A stretch of 64,000 nt of DNA, taken from contig JALDZX010000015.1 in the NCBI GenBank assembly GCA_022813865.1, positions 62,001 to 126,000 on the forward strand. The letters run 5' to 3'. Shown in pieces: positions 39,247 through 51,657 of this stretch; within the stretch, counting starts at the first letter, position 1; every line of letters starts with the position of its first letter. Both the position numbers and the translations under genes were made by a program. Source of the stretch: Xylographa opegraphella (Eukaryota). Below the pieces are notes generated by a model. The model made no database searches. It worked only from the letters and a program-made list of their open reading frames with translations, and had not been told where the DNA came from.

Positions 39247-40097
39247 ATGGAAGAGCAAGTAGACCGTTTGGTCAGGAAGACATGGGGTATGGCCGCTGGA
39301 CCCCCATCGCCCTAGCAGAAGCTCATCGCCGTTGCAAGAAAAGTACCAGCGACTCCCGCCCACAGAGCGTCTCCTCGTGGCCGTCTCTGGGATTCCCGGC
39401 TCAGGTATCCCCGATCCATGCTCTCCCTCGTCCACACATGCAAGCCGGCCCACGACTGACTTTCTTTGCAGGTAAAACAACTCTCTCCGCACAAGTGACT
39501 CGCCGCCTCAATGCCCTTCCACCTCCCTCGTCGTCTGCCACCCCTATCGCCGCTTTTCTCCCCATGGACGGTTACCACCTCTCCCGCGCGCAGCTGTCCA
39601 CCCTCCCCGATCCAGCTACTGCGCATGCCCGCCGCGGCGCGGAGTTCACCTTCGACGGAGTCTCTTTCCTAGCACTAGTGCGTCTTCTCCGCTCACCCTT
39701 GACTTCCAGCACACCGACCTACTATGCTCCCTCGTTCGATCACGCCGTCAAAGACCCTGTGGCGGACGACATCGCCATTCCGGCAACGGCGCGTATCATA
39801 GTTTTCGAGGGGAACTACTTGAGTCTGAACAGGAGTCCGTGGAGGGACGCCGCCGAACTAATGGACGAGTTGTGGTTTGTGGAGGTGAGTGAGGACAGGG
39901 CGAGGGAGAGGCTGGTGGAGAGGCATGTGAGGACGGGGGTGGCGGGGAGTCGGGAGGAGGCGGCGAGGAGGGCGGAGGAGAATGATTTGGTGAACGGGAG
40001 GGAGATTGTCGGGGGGAGGGTGGATGGTGTGAGTGAGGTGGTCATCAGTCGGGAAGATGGGGATTGGAGGCCGGGCGGAAGGGAGGCGACAGGCTGA
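39247..40097 (+). CDS. P-loop kinase of the uridine/pantothenate kinase family (Yfh7-like); introns 39287-39338, 39405-39471
   Basis: Spliced Walker A GIPGS|GKTT; also PMDGYH, ARRGAEFTFD, APSFDHAVKDP, FEGNYL and ENDLVNG. Confidence 0.88.
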
Positions 40098-41129
40098 GGG
40101 GGGTTTGGGAATTGGAGAGTGGATGATGAGGGAAAGGCTGAGGAATTCATGTCAGATGGAAACGTAAACATTGTATGCTTTCCGCACGTGGTTCGATTGC
40201 ATAGATTTCACCGAACATATCGGTGAAACTTGCCGCGCTTCTTTACCACCATGGTAGCCCAACGGTATGCCACGGAATGAAAAATGCTTGCGCTGTGAAT
40301 TCCTCCCAACATTGGGCTTCCTAGCTCTTTTGGCTTGAGAAGCTATACCTCCTGCTGCCTGCGTAAGTCTTTACCATAGATGATGGATTCCGAACATTCC
40401 AAGTTCCTCAACCTCAATTCTACTTCTACTGGTCTGGGGCTCGCTCTTGTAAGACTGTAGATTCTCCTCCGTAGATCGAGTTATGTTCTTTGACAGGTGG
40501 TCTGGAGTGGCTGGCCAAAGGAACCGATTATTGATCAGAAGTCAGACTTCTTGGAAAGATGAGTTAGTGGAGTGGAGTCAAGCACGCCTCGCAGAGGGAA
40601 GGAGCATGTAAACATTAATAGAAGTATCCTTACGGCAGTTCCCTGCGATACCGTTCTGCCGAACCGCGAATAGACCCTTTTTCAAAACATAGCTTTCCCT
40701 TAGATATCTGCTCTGTTCAGTGTCACGACTGCTTCCGGATGACACATGGTCAGGTGCGACCAGAATAGCACCCCATCAGAGACCAAATATTCAAAGTCGG
40801 ATATCACAGCCGCAGGATTCAGAGGAAGAGTAAATGGGAGCTGAGAAGCTCTCAGTGACAAACGAGCATCCTTGAGCGGAATTAATGTTGCTCACGGAGA
40901 CCAAGGATAGCGCTGCTGAAAGCTTCTTCAAAATTATCAAGCCTATCGAACCATGTCTATCGCCTAAGCCACACTTTTCATTTTTCGAGATGCTCAGCAA
41001 TTCTAAAACGCAGAGCCGTGGAAGCTAGCTAAGCCGAATCTCGACTCCCGACGGCTAACAAAACATCAAAGTACTGACTGTGTGAAGTATTTTTGGTGCA
41101 CTAAGTTGGGTGAAAATAGAGTACCAAGG

Positions 41130-42503
41130 TCAAAGACGCTCCCTCTCCGCCCTATCAACCTGACCACCGATGGTTCGACTCAGACCAGCTGTACCCCACC
41201 AGGTGTCTGGAGAGATTTCTCCCCTTTCCACTCTGTCTGCCATCATCTGCATACGTTGATCCGCCAACTCTTCATCAGCCGTACGTCTCAACCTTGCAAA
41301 CTGTTCATTAATCTCCCGAGACACTCTTCGCCCTGTGGCATGTATGTTGGCGGAATAGCGTCGTGGATCTGGTGGCGGAAGGTTCTCCAGATATCCGTGG
41401 TGTGTTATCGCGATAAAGTCGTCGTCTGTTGCTGAGCATTCGGAGTCGGTTGGATCGTCACAAATGTTAGAAATGGCGTTGAGTGTCCCGGAGCTGGATG
41501 ACGGCGCAGTTAGAAGTGTTGCATACGAAGATGCTGAATTAGACGACAGCGAAGATGCAGATACACTGGCAGAAGTGAAAGATGATTCGGCGCTGGGTAG
41601 GCGGTCATCTGGAGTGATTGTGGTAAGCATAGTTTCCCAAGTATTTTCCTCCGGACTAAAGCTTCGGCGCCGGTCACCGAGACCATCGGCATGGTCTACA
41701 AGTACAGGTAAGCCACGATCGTCTACAGCATTGTATGGTGTTCGATGCCGATTACGGCGTAGTGGAGGATGGCCGTCGGCATAAGCTTCTCGAAGGCTTG
41801 TTGGTTGAGATTGTCGAGCTCTCCGCGAATCGCTATTACGGTGTCCAGAAGCAGAGTCTTCCTGTCTGTAAGCAGGGGCGAATCTCGGCGTAAGCAGTGG
41901 AGTCGCGCCGGGTGCTGTATGTAAGGGCGGGAGATGTGCATATAGTGGAATAGAGTCTGCAGGAGACTGATCTGCTGTGTCTGTATAGGCATACGGAGGA
42001 GTTGGCATGTATTGTGGTGGTGGAGACCATCTAGCTTCAATGGTGGGAATCCTTCTGTGCCCAAGCCGAGACGTAGCTTCAAGGTTGGAATTGTCTTGCG
42101 TATTTGGCATCGTCGGCACGGGCGGTGGCACTTCATATCTCAGTGCAGACTCTCTAACCTGTCTCATCCGTTGTCCTGGTTCGTAACTGAGCGCATCTCG
42201 TAATAATGCACGGCCACTGTCGAGCCTCCTGCGATTGCTAGCCTCATGCCTCTCGAGATCCGCCAAAGCCTCGTCCAACTCATCTCGGTCAGTGGACACA
42301 GAGATTGCATTTTCCCGATCGCGGCGGATGATGTCGAGTAAGTATCGACGATCAAGCCCCGGAGGAACAGCATTAGATCGTTGCCGCAAGGATCTGTGAC
42401 TGGGTCGAACAGTAGGTTGACGACGAATAGTCGAGCGCGCCGAGGCAGAAGGATCAGCTTTTGTCGCGGCTTTGGTCTGCACCTCTTCTGGTGGGCACCA
42501 CAT
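41130..42503 (-). CDS. Fungal hypothetical protein, largely disordered
   Basis: Open frame of more than 450 codons, containing DGLGDRRRSFSPE and WETMLTTITPDDRLPSAESSFTSA, which I recall from Pezizomycotina hypothetical proteins. Start inferred at MWCPPEE. Confidence 0.75.
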   Translation of the reverse strand: MWCPPEEVQTKAATKADPSASARSTIRRQPTVRPSHRSLRQRSNAVPPGLDRRYLLDIIRRDRENAISVSTDRDELDEALADLERHEASNRRRLDSGRALLRDALSYEPGQRMRQVRESALRYEVPPPVPTMPNTQDNSNLEATSRLGHRRIPTIEARWSPPPQYMPTPPYAYTDTADQSPADSIPLYAHLPPLHTAPGATPLLTPRFAPAYRQEDSASGHRNSDSRRARQSQPTSLREAYADGHPPLRRNRHRTPYNAVDDRGLPVLVDHADGLGDRRRSFSPEENTWETMLTTITPDDRLPSAESSFTSASVSASSLSSNSASSYATLLTAPSSSSGTLNAISNICDDPTDSECSATDDDFIAITHHGYLENLPPPDPRRYSANIHATGRRVSREINEQFARLRRTADEELADQRMQMMADRVERGEISPDTWWGTAGLSRTIGGQVDRAERERL

Positions 42504-43069
42504 TCTGGTAATTACAACCGAGGTTAGCATAAAAGAATCGGCCTTGCGATTGTGATTGCATAACAAGGCTACCGAACGCGCCTGATACAAACATACGGCG
42601 AACATAAGACATAATTGCGATCTAAGGTTTACAACTCACCGAAGACCCATGTTGCGGAGTCTATGAAGCGTCCGCGATACCTATACTCTGACGCGACTGT
42701 GAGGAAACTGGAGAAATCGTATACTCATTGGGTTGTTGTAATGCGATCTCGCGAAATTGGGGATGACTGAGGCTGATCTGGTTCGAAGGAGGCGGGAGTT
42801 TTGCGACAAGAACATCGCAGGGCTGATCGCCAGGGGTCTGGATCTAATCTCTATCGGGTCAAAGCTTGTTTCAGTATCAACTTCACTCCATCAATGATCA
42901 AGCACACTATCTTGACCGGCGACACAGCACCAGCTTTGTTTCTCTACAGCAAACTGCTAGCTCTAAAAGACTGCTATTTGCTTATTAGGGGCCATGGAGA
43001 ATCCTATGACGAAGTCCTGACATGAAGTTCGTCTCCCGAGGCCCATGCTACAAGCAGAGTCTACGAGCA

Positions 43070-44308
43070 ATGATAGAGCTTGGGTTAGCCAGGATCAGCA
43101 GACTTCTTGGTGAGTCGGTACTGCCATGGCGTGCCATACATGTTGCTGGAACCAACGGCAAAGGCTCTGTTTGCGCCTACGCATCATCAATGCTACATGC
43201 TTGTGGCGTACCCTGTGGAAGGTTCACTTCGCCACATCTCATCGATAGATGGGATTGCATCACTGTGAACGAAGAAGTAGTCGAGGAAAGCTTATTTCGA
43301 CAGACCGAACGGCGAGTACAGCTTAAAAACGAAAATGAAGGCATCAAAGCGGCTGAGTTCGAGCTGCTTACGGCAATTGCTTTCGAGATATTCGCACAGG
43401 AGAAGATCAAGATTGGGGTCGTGGAGGTTGGCCTAGGTGGTCGTCTAGATGCAACGAATATTATGAAAGATCCATTGGTCACGGTAATTTCCAAAATTGG
43501 GAAAGATCACGAGGTATTGCTCGGCAGCACATTCTCGGAGATTGCTTACCAGAAAGCCGGTGTACTGAAACCAGATGTGCCAGCTATTGTGGATGGCACA
43601 AACCATGAAGACGTCCTCAGTGTTATTGCAGACGTATCCAAAAGTACAAAATCGGGAATGGTGAAGTATGTTGAAGAGGTCAATGGTCAACCTCAATCTG
43701 AGATATGGACAGTACAGTCTCGAGCTGCATATCAGCGACATCAACAGATGAATATTTCTCTAGCCTATGAAGCTGTGACGCTTTCATTGAAACAGATTCA
43801 ACTGTCATTCAACCCAGAACAGCTTGCTACGGCGATACAGCATACCAGTTGGCAGGGTCGCCTACAGATGCTCAGTATCAAGCCGCTCACAGGCCGCACA
43901 CAGCCTATATTGTTGGATGGGGCACACAATGCTCAGTCTGCCGTGGTACTAGGCTCGTATGTGGATGAGAGAATCCGCGAAATCAGGAAGCCTGTCACGT
44001 GGATCGTCGCCATTTCTAAAGGGAAAGACCTGCAAGAAATACTACCTGCCTTACTCAAGAAAGGTGACATTTTGGTGGTCGTGGAGTTCGGGCCCGTGGA
44101 TCAAATGCCTTGGGTGCAACCGATGCCTGCAGAAGAGATTCTTGATACAGCTCGTGCGATGGTTGAGTTGGAATGCAGCTGGGCAGCCCAAGGCTCTTTA
44201 CGTGATGCTTTGCGGATCGCTGCGGAGACTGCAGGAGATCGACCTATGGTGATTGCTGGCAGCCTCTATTTGGTCTCTGACGTGCTACGTCTTCTGAGAT
44301 ACTCTTAG
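43070..44308 (+). CDS. FOL3: Dihydrofolate synthase / folylpolyglutamate synthase family
   Basis: Contains MIELGLARI, IHVAGTNGKGS, FTSPHL, EVGLGGRLDATN, LLDGAHN and AGSLYLV. An upstream in-frame ATG lies at 43022. Confidence 0.9.
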   Translation: MIELGLARISRLLGESVLPWRAIHVAGTNGKGSVCAYASSMLHACGVPCGRFTSPHLIDRWDCITVNEEVVEESLFRQTERRVQLKNENEGIKAAEFELLTAIAFEIFAQEKIKIGVVEVGLGGRLDATNIMKDPLVTVISKIGKDHEVLLGSTFSEIAYQKAGVLKPDVPAIVDGTNHEDVLSVIADVSKSTKSGMVKYVEEVNGQPQSEIWTVQSRAAYQRHQQMNISLAYEAVTLSLKQIQLSFNPEQLATAIQHTSWQGRLQMLSIKPLTGRTQPILLDGAHNAQSAVVLGSYVDERIREIRKPVTWIVAISKGKDLQEILPALLKKGDILVVVEFGPVDQMPWVQPMPAEEILDTARAMVELECSWAAQGSLRDALRIAAETAGDRPMVIAGSLYLVSDVLRLLRYS

Positions 44309-44883
44309 GTTGCAATGAATGTAATAACATAACTTAGATGTCATTGGTATAAATCATTGAAGCGCTGCTTTTAGAGTATAGCTGTTTCGAAATAGCTAGG
44401 TTCATAGCATAAGTCGAATCATAATTGCGAATTGTATGTTCGTGCTGTGTTCATCTCTCCGATAGTGCGGCAATTGGTAGATGGTCCTGAAACGAAACCC
44501 TGTCAGTGTGGGGATAAATAAAACGGCAAATCAGAACTTCAACATTGTTCAGTATCTCTATGGTGCGGGATAATGAGGCCGTATTGATTTCAATTATGAG
44601 GAATTATCCATAATGTGAAGGCACCTTCTGGCGAACCTTAACACGCACAACTTGACGGTGCTCGAAAGTCAATCTCAACAGTGTTGATCTTCCTCGCGTG
44701 ACCATGTTGTGGGACCAGACAAACCAGTTAGAAGACTTCTACCCATCTCGAATTGCTCGCCCAAGCGAATACATCTAGCAAGTGAATCTCCATCTCCGAC
44801 GTGGTTTCGCACATGCTATGAAGTGCAGATTACACCTTCGCGAAAAGCGACTGCAAGCAGCGCTGAGGTGCTAGGCCGCTGCG

Positions 44884-47800
44884 ATGGTTTCGCGAACTCC
44901 ACAACGTACCGACTCGATTGTCTCTACAGACCAAAGGAGTGGTATATCTGGGCAGGCAAAGGCCGGGAAGGCTTCAGCTGCAGCACGTCCTCCAAAGAAA
45001 GACTCCAATACACCGAAGCCCGCTCAAGATGCTGAACTCAAAGACTATCAACTGGGAGATTGCTTGGGGAAGGGAGCTTTTGGATCTGTCTATAGGGCTC
45101 TCAACATGGGAACGGGAGAAACGGTGGCAGTGAAACAAATTAAGCTGGCAGATCTCCCCAAGAGCGAGTTACGGGTGATTACTTTGGAAATAGACCTTCT
45201 GAAAAACTTGGATCACCCGAATATCGTCAAATACCATGGTTTCGTCAAGTCGTCAGAGTCTTTAAATATCATTCTGGAATACTGCGAGAACGGATCGCTA
45301 CATTCCATCTCAAAGAATTTCGGGAAGTTCCCGGAAAATCTTGTCGGCCTTTACATGTCTCAGGTTCTTCATGGTTTACTCTACCTTCACGAGCAAGGTG
45401 TTATACATCGTGACATCAAAGGGGCGAACATCCTCACTACCAAGCAGGGGCTTGTAAAACTTGCAGACTTTGGTGTTGCTACACGAACAACATCGCTTCA
45501 CGAGTCTACCGTTGTCGGCACGCCGTACTGGATGGCACCAGAGGTGATCGAGTTATCTGGAGCGACCACGGCTTCAGATATCTGGAGCTTAGGCTGTACC
45601 GTCATAGAATTGCTGGACGGTAAACCACCTTATCATAAATTACAGCCCATGCATGCACTCTTCCGCATCGTCAACGACGACCATCCACCACTTCCAGAAG
45701 GCGCTTCCCCTATTGTGCGAGATTTCCTTATACAGTGCTTTCAAAAAGACCATAATCTTAGAGTCTCTGCACGTAAGCTCCTGAAACACCCATGGATAGT
45801 GAATGCCCGAAGATCGGATTCGGTAGTGCCCAAAAAGCCTACTGAATATGAGGAGGCTGTGAAAAGTGTCCAACAATGGAACGAAGCTTTGAAGTCGCCA
45901 AACGCATCACTCCGCAGAACTTCACGTCCCGTGTCGTCAAGTCCTATTCCAGGGCGTCGTGAACGACCAGCTCAACTCATTACCCCTGCAAGAGGCCCAC
46001 TGAGCCTCGCTCAACCGCGTGCCATCGCTGAACAATTTCGATCTCCAGACAGCACCGCCGATGACAATTGGGATGACGATTTCACGTCGGCCATCTCTCC
46101 GAGTGCTTTACAATTACCTCACCTAAGACCACAAGATCATTTTGGCGGCTTACTATCCGCGGAGAAGCTCAAGTCTTATGCTTCTATTGAAACCGTCACC
46201 GAAGACTCGAATTGGGATGAGAATTTTCAGGGAGATCTCACTGTGAAAAGTCCCTCACGATTGACAGAAACGGATCCACTGCAAACAATAAGGCCTTATT
46301 TTCCAAGTCGAGCCAACACACAAGACATAAAGCACACGGCTCCAACCAGATCCCCTCGGCATCAAATTTCGACTATAGATCCATTACGCAAGGACCTCGA
46401 AATACTTCAACAATCTCGGTCCCCTAAAACAAAGCCCCGACCTCTTGCTCGTCCAGTAATGCTACACAGGGAGAACTCAGTGGAAGACTATTCCGATTTG
46501 ATATTTGCTAATGATGGCGCTTTCGAAAAAAAGCTCGTCCTAAGTCATGTAAGTCTACTCACTTATCCCATCAGTGACCATTATCTGATTTAGCCTTGTT
46601 AAAGAAGAAGAGGTCTATCTCGCCTGTTTCCTTTCAACCGGCTGAATCGAATATCGTGACTCGCGTGACCCAAGCTCCCAAAAACGGTGGCAGTCTTCAA
46701 AGACAGCCACGCGTTCCAAGACAACCTTCTGTGAGACGTACTCGATCATCGATTGAGATCCAGCGGTATGCAGAAGACGAACAGGATGAAGATTTTTCAG
46801 ACATATTTGGTAAAGTCTCGTCACCGGTCAGTAAACAGGAGAGTGAGAAAGGTTCTGATTGTGGCACTTTGATGCTCAACTCGAAGCTCTCCAACAATTC
46901 ATGGCTTGGAGACGATGATGACGAGGACGATCCATTTGCACAGCTGGAGGAAGGCTTCGATGAGACAGACCTTGAAGCAAACGTAGCCCGGGACAAATAT
47001 GCCAGATTGTGTACACAAGTGGAGGGCTTAGTGGGCTCCCTCAAAATTTCACAAGCGGATGAGATGCTAGCCGAGCTATCTGAACAACTCCTCGAGGTCT
47101 TATCAGATTCTCCGGAGACAAAGAGCGTTATTATCACGGCCCACGGTATGCTACCAATCCTTGAGATATTAGAATCGTGCCGTCGTCGAGACATCATCTT
47201 TAACCTTTTGAGAATCGTAAATTTAATCACCTTCGGCGAGGTGGAAATACAGGAGAATCTTTGCTTCGTGGGCGGTATTCCAATTATTACCAAGTTTGCC
47301 TCCAAGAAGTATTCTAGCGAGATTAGACTCGAGGCCGCTGCATTCGTACGCCAAATGTACCAAACTTCGACTCTGACCTTACAGATGTTTGTCAGTGCTG
47401 GAGGGTTGAAAGTCTTGGTCGAGTTTCTCGAAGAAGACTACGAGGAGGAGCGGGATTTAGTTCTTGTGGGAGTCAATGGCGTGTGGAGTGTCTTCGAGCT
47501 CCAAGGCCCGACTCCTAAGAACGATTTCTGCCGAATCCTTTCGCGGAATTCAGTCCTTGATCCATTATCACTGGTCTTGAGCAGCGTGCTCGACGAGGGT
47601 GGAGAACTGGCTGAGCTGTGTGAAGGTCGCATTGCGAACATATTTTTCCTATTCTCTCAAGCAGAAAATCACGTCAAGGAGATGGTTGCCGACAGAACAG
47701 TACTGCATAGTAAGGGTATCCAGCTTATACTTACTCATTTGCATACTAAATTAAGTTTCAGGGGTGCTGAAAGAGCTACGACGGATGTCTCCTAATCATC

Positions 47801-49094
47801 AAGTCACCATGCTCAAGTTTATCAAGAACTTATCCATGCTTTCTACCACTTTGGATTCTTTGCAGAACTCCAATGCTATCGGTGTTTTGACTGACCTCCT
47901 TCGAACCAGTACAAAGGAGACACACTTTGCCGAGATTTCGAACCAGATACTCAACACAATCTATAATCTCTGTCGACTCAATAAGACCAGACAAGAAGAT
48001 GCGGCTCTCAATGGCATCATACCAATTCTGCAACGAATCTTCAAGTCAGAACGACCGTTGAAAGAGTTTGCACTTCCGATCCTTTGTGATATGGCACACT
48101 CTGGAAAGGTTGGACGAAGAGAGCTATGGCGAAACAAGGGGCTTCAGTTCTACACATCTCTGCTTTCGGAGCCTTACTGGCAGGTCACTGCCTTGGACGC
48201 GATATTCGTCTGGTAAGTTATTCTGTTGGATAGACACAGAGCAAGACTAATTCTAGCGCTAGGCTTCAAGAAGAGACAGCAAGAGTGGAAGAGCACTTGC
48301 TCGAAGGCAATTTCAGAGAAGCAGTCATCAAGTGCTTCACCACATCGAAAGCGAATGCTTTTGAAAGTCTGTTGGAACCTCTTCAGAAGCTGTTGCGGCT
48401 TAGTCCACCAGTGGCTCTGAGTATTGCTCACCCGGAGATCTTTGCGCGCATCCTCCAAAAGTTGCAGTCCAACAAAGCGTTGACTAGACTCAACTTACTA
48501 CGTATTGTACAAAGTATCTGCGACGCCAGTGATGAACAAGGGGCTTTAATCAGCACATATGGCTTGTACGAACCGATTCAGAAACTGGCAGAGGCAGATA
48601 GTGCTGTCTTAGTGAGAGATATGGCGAGCAAGCTGATCAAGTCATGTGATGAGCATGAAAAGCTGTACAAGAGCGGTGGCAAGCGCAGGCCAGGCCGAAG
48701 GGTGAGTGCATCGACTACACCGCCGAGTGTGATGGTAAGCCAATCGATGCCGCCTACACCCACGAGTAGTCGCTCCAGCCATTCCACTACGTATTTTGCC
48801 GATCGCGATGGTCGACAACGCAGTGTCATCAACAGCCCGATGCCTTTCCGCACTGGTGGAAAAGAGGAGCGGGCTCTGAACAGCATAACCAGCCTGACAA
48901 ATGGCACCAACACAGCTACAAGGAGCAGACTGCCCCGGACAACTTCAGGTCGTTCATCGCGCCAGTCAATGCTCATGGCAACGGAGAAAGTAGATACGGT
49001 AATACCGTCGTCTCCGCTGCGAGTGGCCCCTCCCATCATGATACCGAATTCGCGAAGGCGGCGGCAGACTAGTAGTGAGGCTCATTGGACGTAA
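44884..49094 (+). CDS. sepH: Septation initiation network kinase SepH/Cdc7/Cdc15; introns 46549-46604, 47710-47761, 48213-48262
   Basis: N-terminal STE kinase domain (LGKGAFGSVY, HRDIKGANIL, DFG, GTPYWMAPE) followed by armadillo-like repeats (ENLCFVGGIP, TLTLQMFVSAGGL, PLKEFALPILCDMAH). Confidence 0.95.
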
Positions 49095-49844
49095 GATATG
49101 ACCGGAGCAGATGGCGAAGCTGATTTTTACAAAACCCCGTGGACTTGTATCGCTTGCTTCCAGCGTTTTGTACTATTATGCACACGGCCTTGGGATGTAC
49201 ACTGGCACAAAGAGGGCAGCAGGATCTGCAGTGCTCCATTCGGAGTTGGAAAGGGCATGGAGTTCTAGAATGACGAAGGACTCTGGTGGGTTGCTGCTGT
49301 GTTCCGAAGATGATTCGAATGATCATCAGCACTACGATTCAATTGATATCGAAAATATAGACGATAACAGCACCGCTGCAAATAATATGCGGAAGTCTGA
49401 ATGCGAAATCAACCTGTATTGGCTTCGCAGGTCAATACTTGAGGTATCCAGGTCGTCGCCCGGCTGAATGCCTATTCCAGCACAGTATCTTGTGAACCTG
49501 CTGTGTGTGCCAAATGCTGCAGCAGCAGCTGTCGTTGACTGATCATCGTAGCCCCTGACTTACTGCCATTGCTCGCAAGGAGCCACTTGTGGCTTGCTGA
49601 AGGCTTTCATCGTCACTCCAACTGCCTTGGCCAGGATCGTAATTTCGTTCTTGCTTGGCGGATGATGTCATGGTTCCATGTCATCGCTGCACGGAGCATG
49701 ACCCAACAAGTGTGGCTTGCCCCTTCAAATCCCGCTGCACCTCAACCTCACCTCCTCTTTCCTTCATCGCAACACCTGCACTTCATCCCGGAATCAACAC
49801 TAGACCAAAACAAACCCTTTCCATACACTTTTCCATCTCTCGCA

Positions 49845-50578
49845 ATGGCTACTCTTCACTGTAAGTAGACTTTCTACGCGTTCGGCGCGATGCATCCCAC
49901 AGATACCGTTGTGATCACCTCCATGTTGACATCCACACTGCAACGAGAAAAATATTCCGGTTTTCTTAGCCTCTTAGTGCTGCGATTTTCTTCTCTCACC
50001 TTGTTCACGTTTCCAGCTCTCCTCACTGGCAGCTATGGCTTGGAATCAAAAGCCATATATCTCTTCTCTAACAATATGACAATCTAGATCTCCCACCGGT
50101 TAAGCCCTCGGCTATTGCCATGGGCACCATCTTCAACCACGCCGCCTCTCTCGCTGTTCTCGCTCCTGTCTTCGGGGATACTTACAACCGTGCTCAAGCC
50201 GCAAACTCAAAGGAAGAATTTTTCAAGAGCAAGGAAGCTGCTAGTGCCGCCGCTGCTTGGGGTACCTCCATCGTTGGCAGCGCCGTTCAATCATACGGTG
50301 TCGGAGCTCTCATCAACGCAACGGGTACCTTGAGTTACAAGGGAGCCGCCTATCTTGGTAGCTTGATCTTCATGGCCAGCTCTGCACCAGGTGTATGTGG
50401 TATCAAATAAATGAAATGTGCTGCTTGCTAATGAAAGAACTAGGTTATCTCCCAAGTCTTCACCGAGAGACGTCCCATGGATACCGTCGCCGTCGGCGCC
50501 CTTGCCCGTGTCTTCGAGACAGTTGGGCTTAGTTTGTTCCTCACCTGGTGGGGAACCCGCACCAACCCATTCGACTAA
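49845..50578 (+). CDS. Small multi-pass membrane protein (DUF1761-like); introns 49861-50087, 50393-50443
   Basis: Spliced sequence MATLHYLPPVKPSAIAMGTIFNH...GTLSYKGAAYLGSLIF...FETVGLSLFLTWWGTRTNPFD*, with canonical splice signals. The family label is tentative. Confidence 0.8.
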
Positions 50579-51620
50579 GCGTCTCGTTCCCGAGAACAAG
50601 GCTACGTGGGTCGAAGGGTTTGATGGATGGCTGAGGGGTTCATTGCAGAGGCATGCTCTGCGCATAGCGTAGTGTTCTTAAAGTACCGAGTCTACCAATG
50701 TCCACGGCGGTAGTCCACCAGCTTGATTGTATAACTAGTGAATGTATTCAAGCTCAAAATAATTGCCACTCGTCCTATACGTTACAACGTACAACTAGTG
50801 TTTTTGTTGTCTTCATGAGTGGTTGTCAGCTTGAAAGCGTTCTATAACCCGAGGCACCAGTCAACACATTGTCATAGAGCCATCGAAGTCTACCTACGTT
50901 GCCCACTGCGATATACAGAATTATTACGGAATAACGTATCTCCAAGTACATATATGGAGTAATGGAAGAATCCAATAACGGAAAACCGGCTAGATGTGAT
51001 AAAGTGAACTGTAATTTTTCAACTTTCAAAGCTATTCGCCCAGGAGTTTGGAAGGTATCCCCTGTTCACATCGAGAATGCCTTCGTATCCATCCGGAACT
51101 TTCTACTAGACTTGTTTGTTTCAACAGAAGCATTCATCATCCATGTCCCGTGACTAGCTGTGCCATATGTCCCAAGCTCGACGTCACGTCATCCTTCACA
51201 GGCCTTGAAATCCATTTTCGGTCCAGCTGGGGAGTGAGAATATCTCAGCTCGTATCTGCTTAGCTGTCTGACTCGCCAGTTTCCATTTCTGATCGCTGGA
51301 GGTTTGATGGCATGTGTTGAAATTTTGAACTAGATCCTGGACTTCTTTGTCACCCATTGGTGACGATGACGCAGGCAGTCGAGTGGCATATTACTATTGT
51401 TTTTGGGCCGTCTTGATTTCTGGGATGTTGCTCTACTTATTTATATTCGCTCCTGGATGGAGAAGGGCTTTTTTCGTTTGCAGATCGGTGAGTTGGGAGT
51501 GTTTGAGCGTGGCCACTTCCGCAGTTGGAGGGGAGGATAACGGCGGTGTGGGATGCAGGGTTTGCGTTGGCGGAGGAGGCAGTGGCGGAAGAGGAGAGCG
51601 TGGTTGGACGTGAATGTTTT

Positions 51621-51657
51621 GGGAGGGTTGGGGGAGGGTTGGGGGAGGGTTGGGGGG
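51621..51657 (+). repeat. (GGGGGAGGGTT)x3 G-rich tandem repeat
   Basis: Sequence is gggagggttgggggagggttgggggagggttgggggg. Confidence 0.85.
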
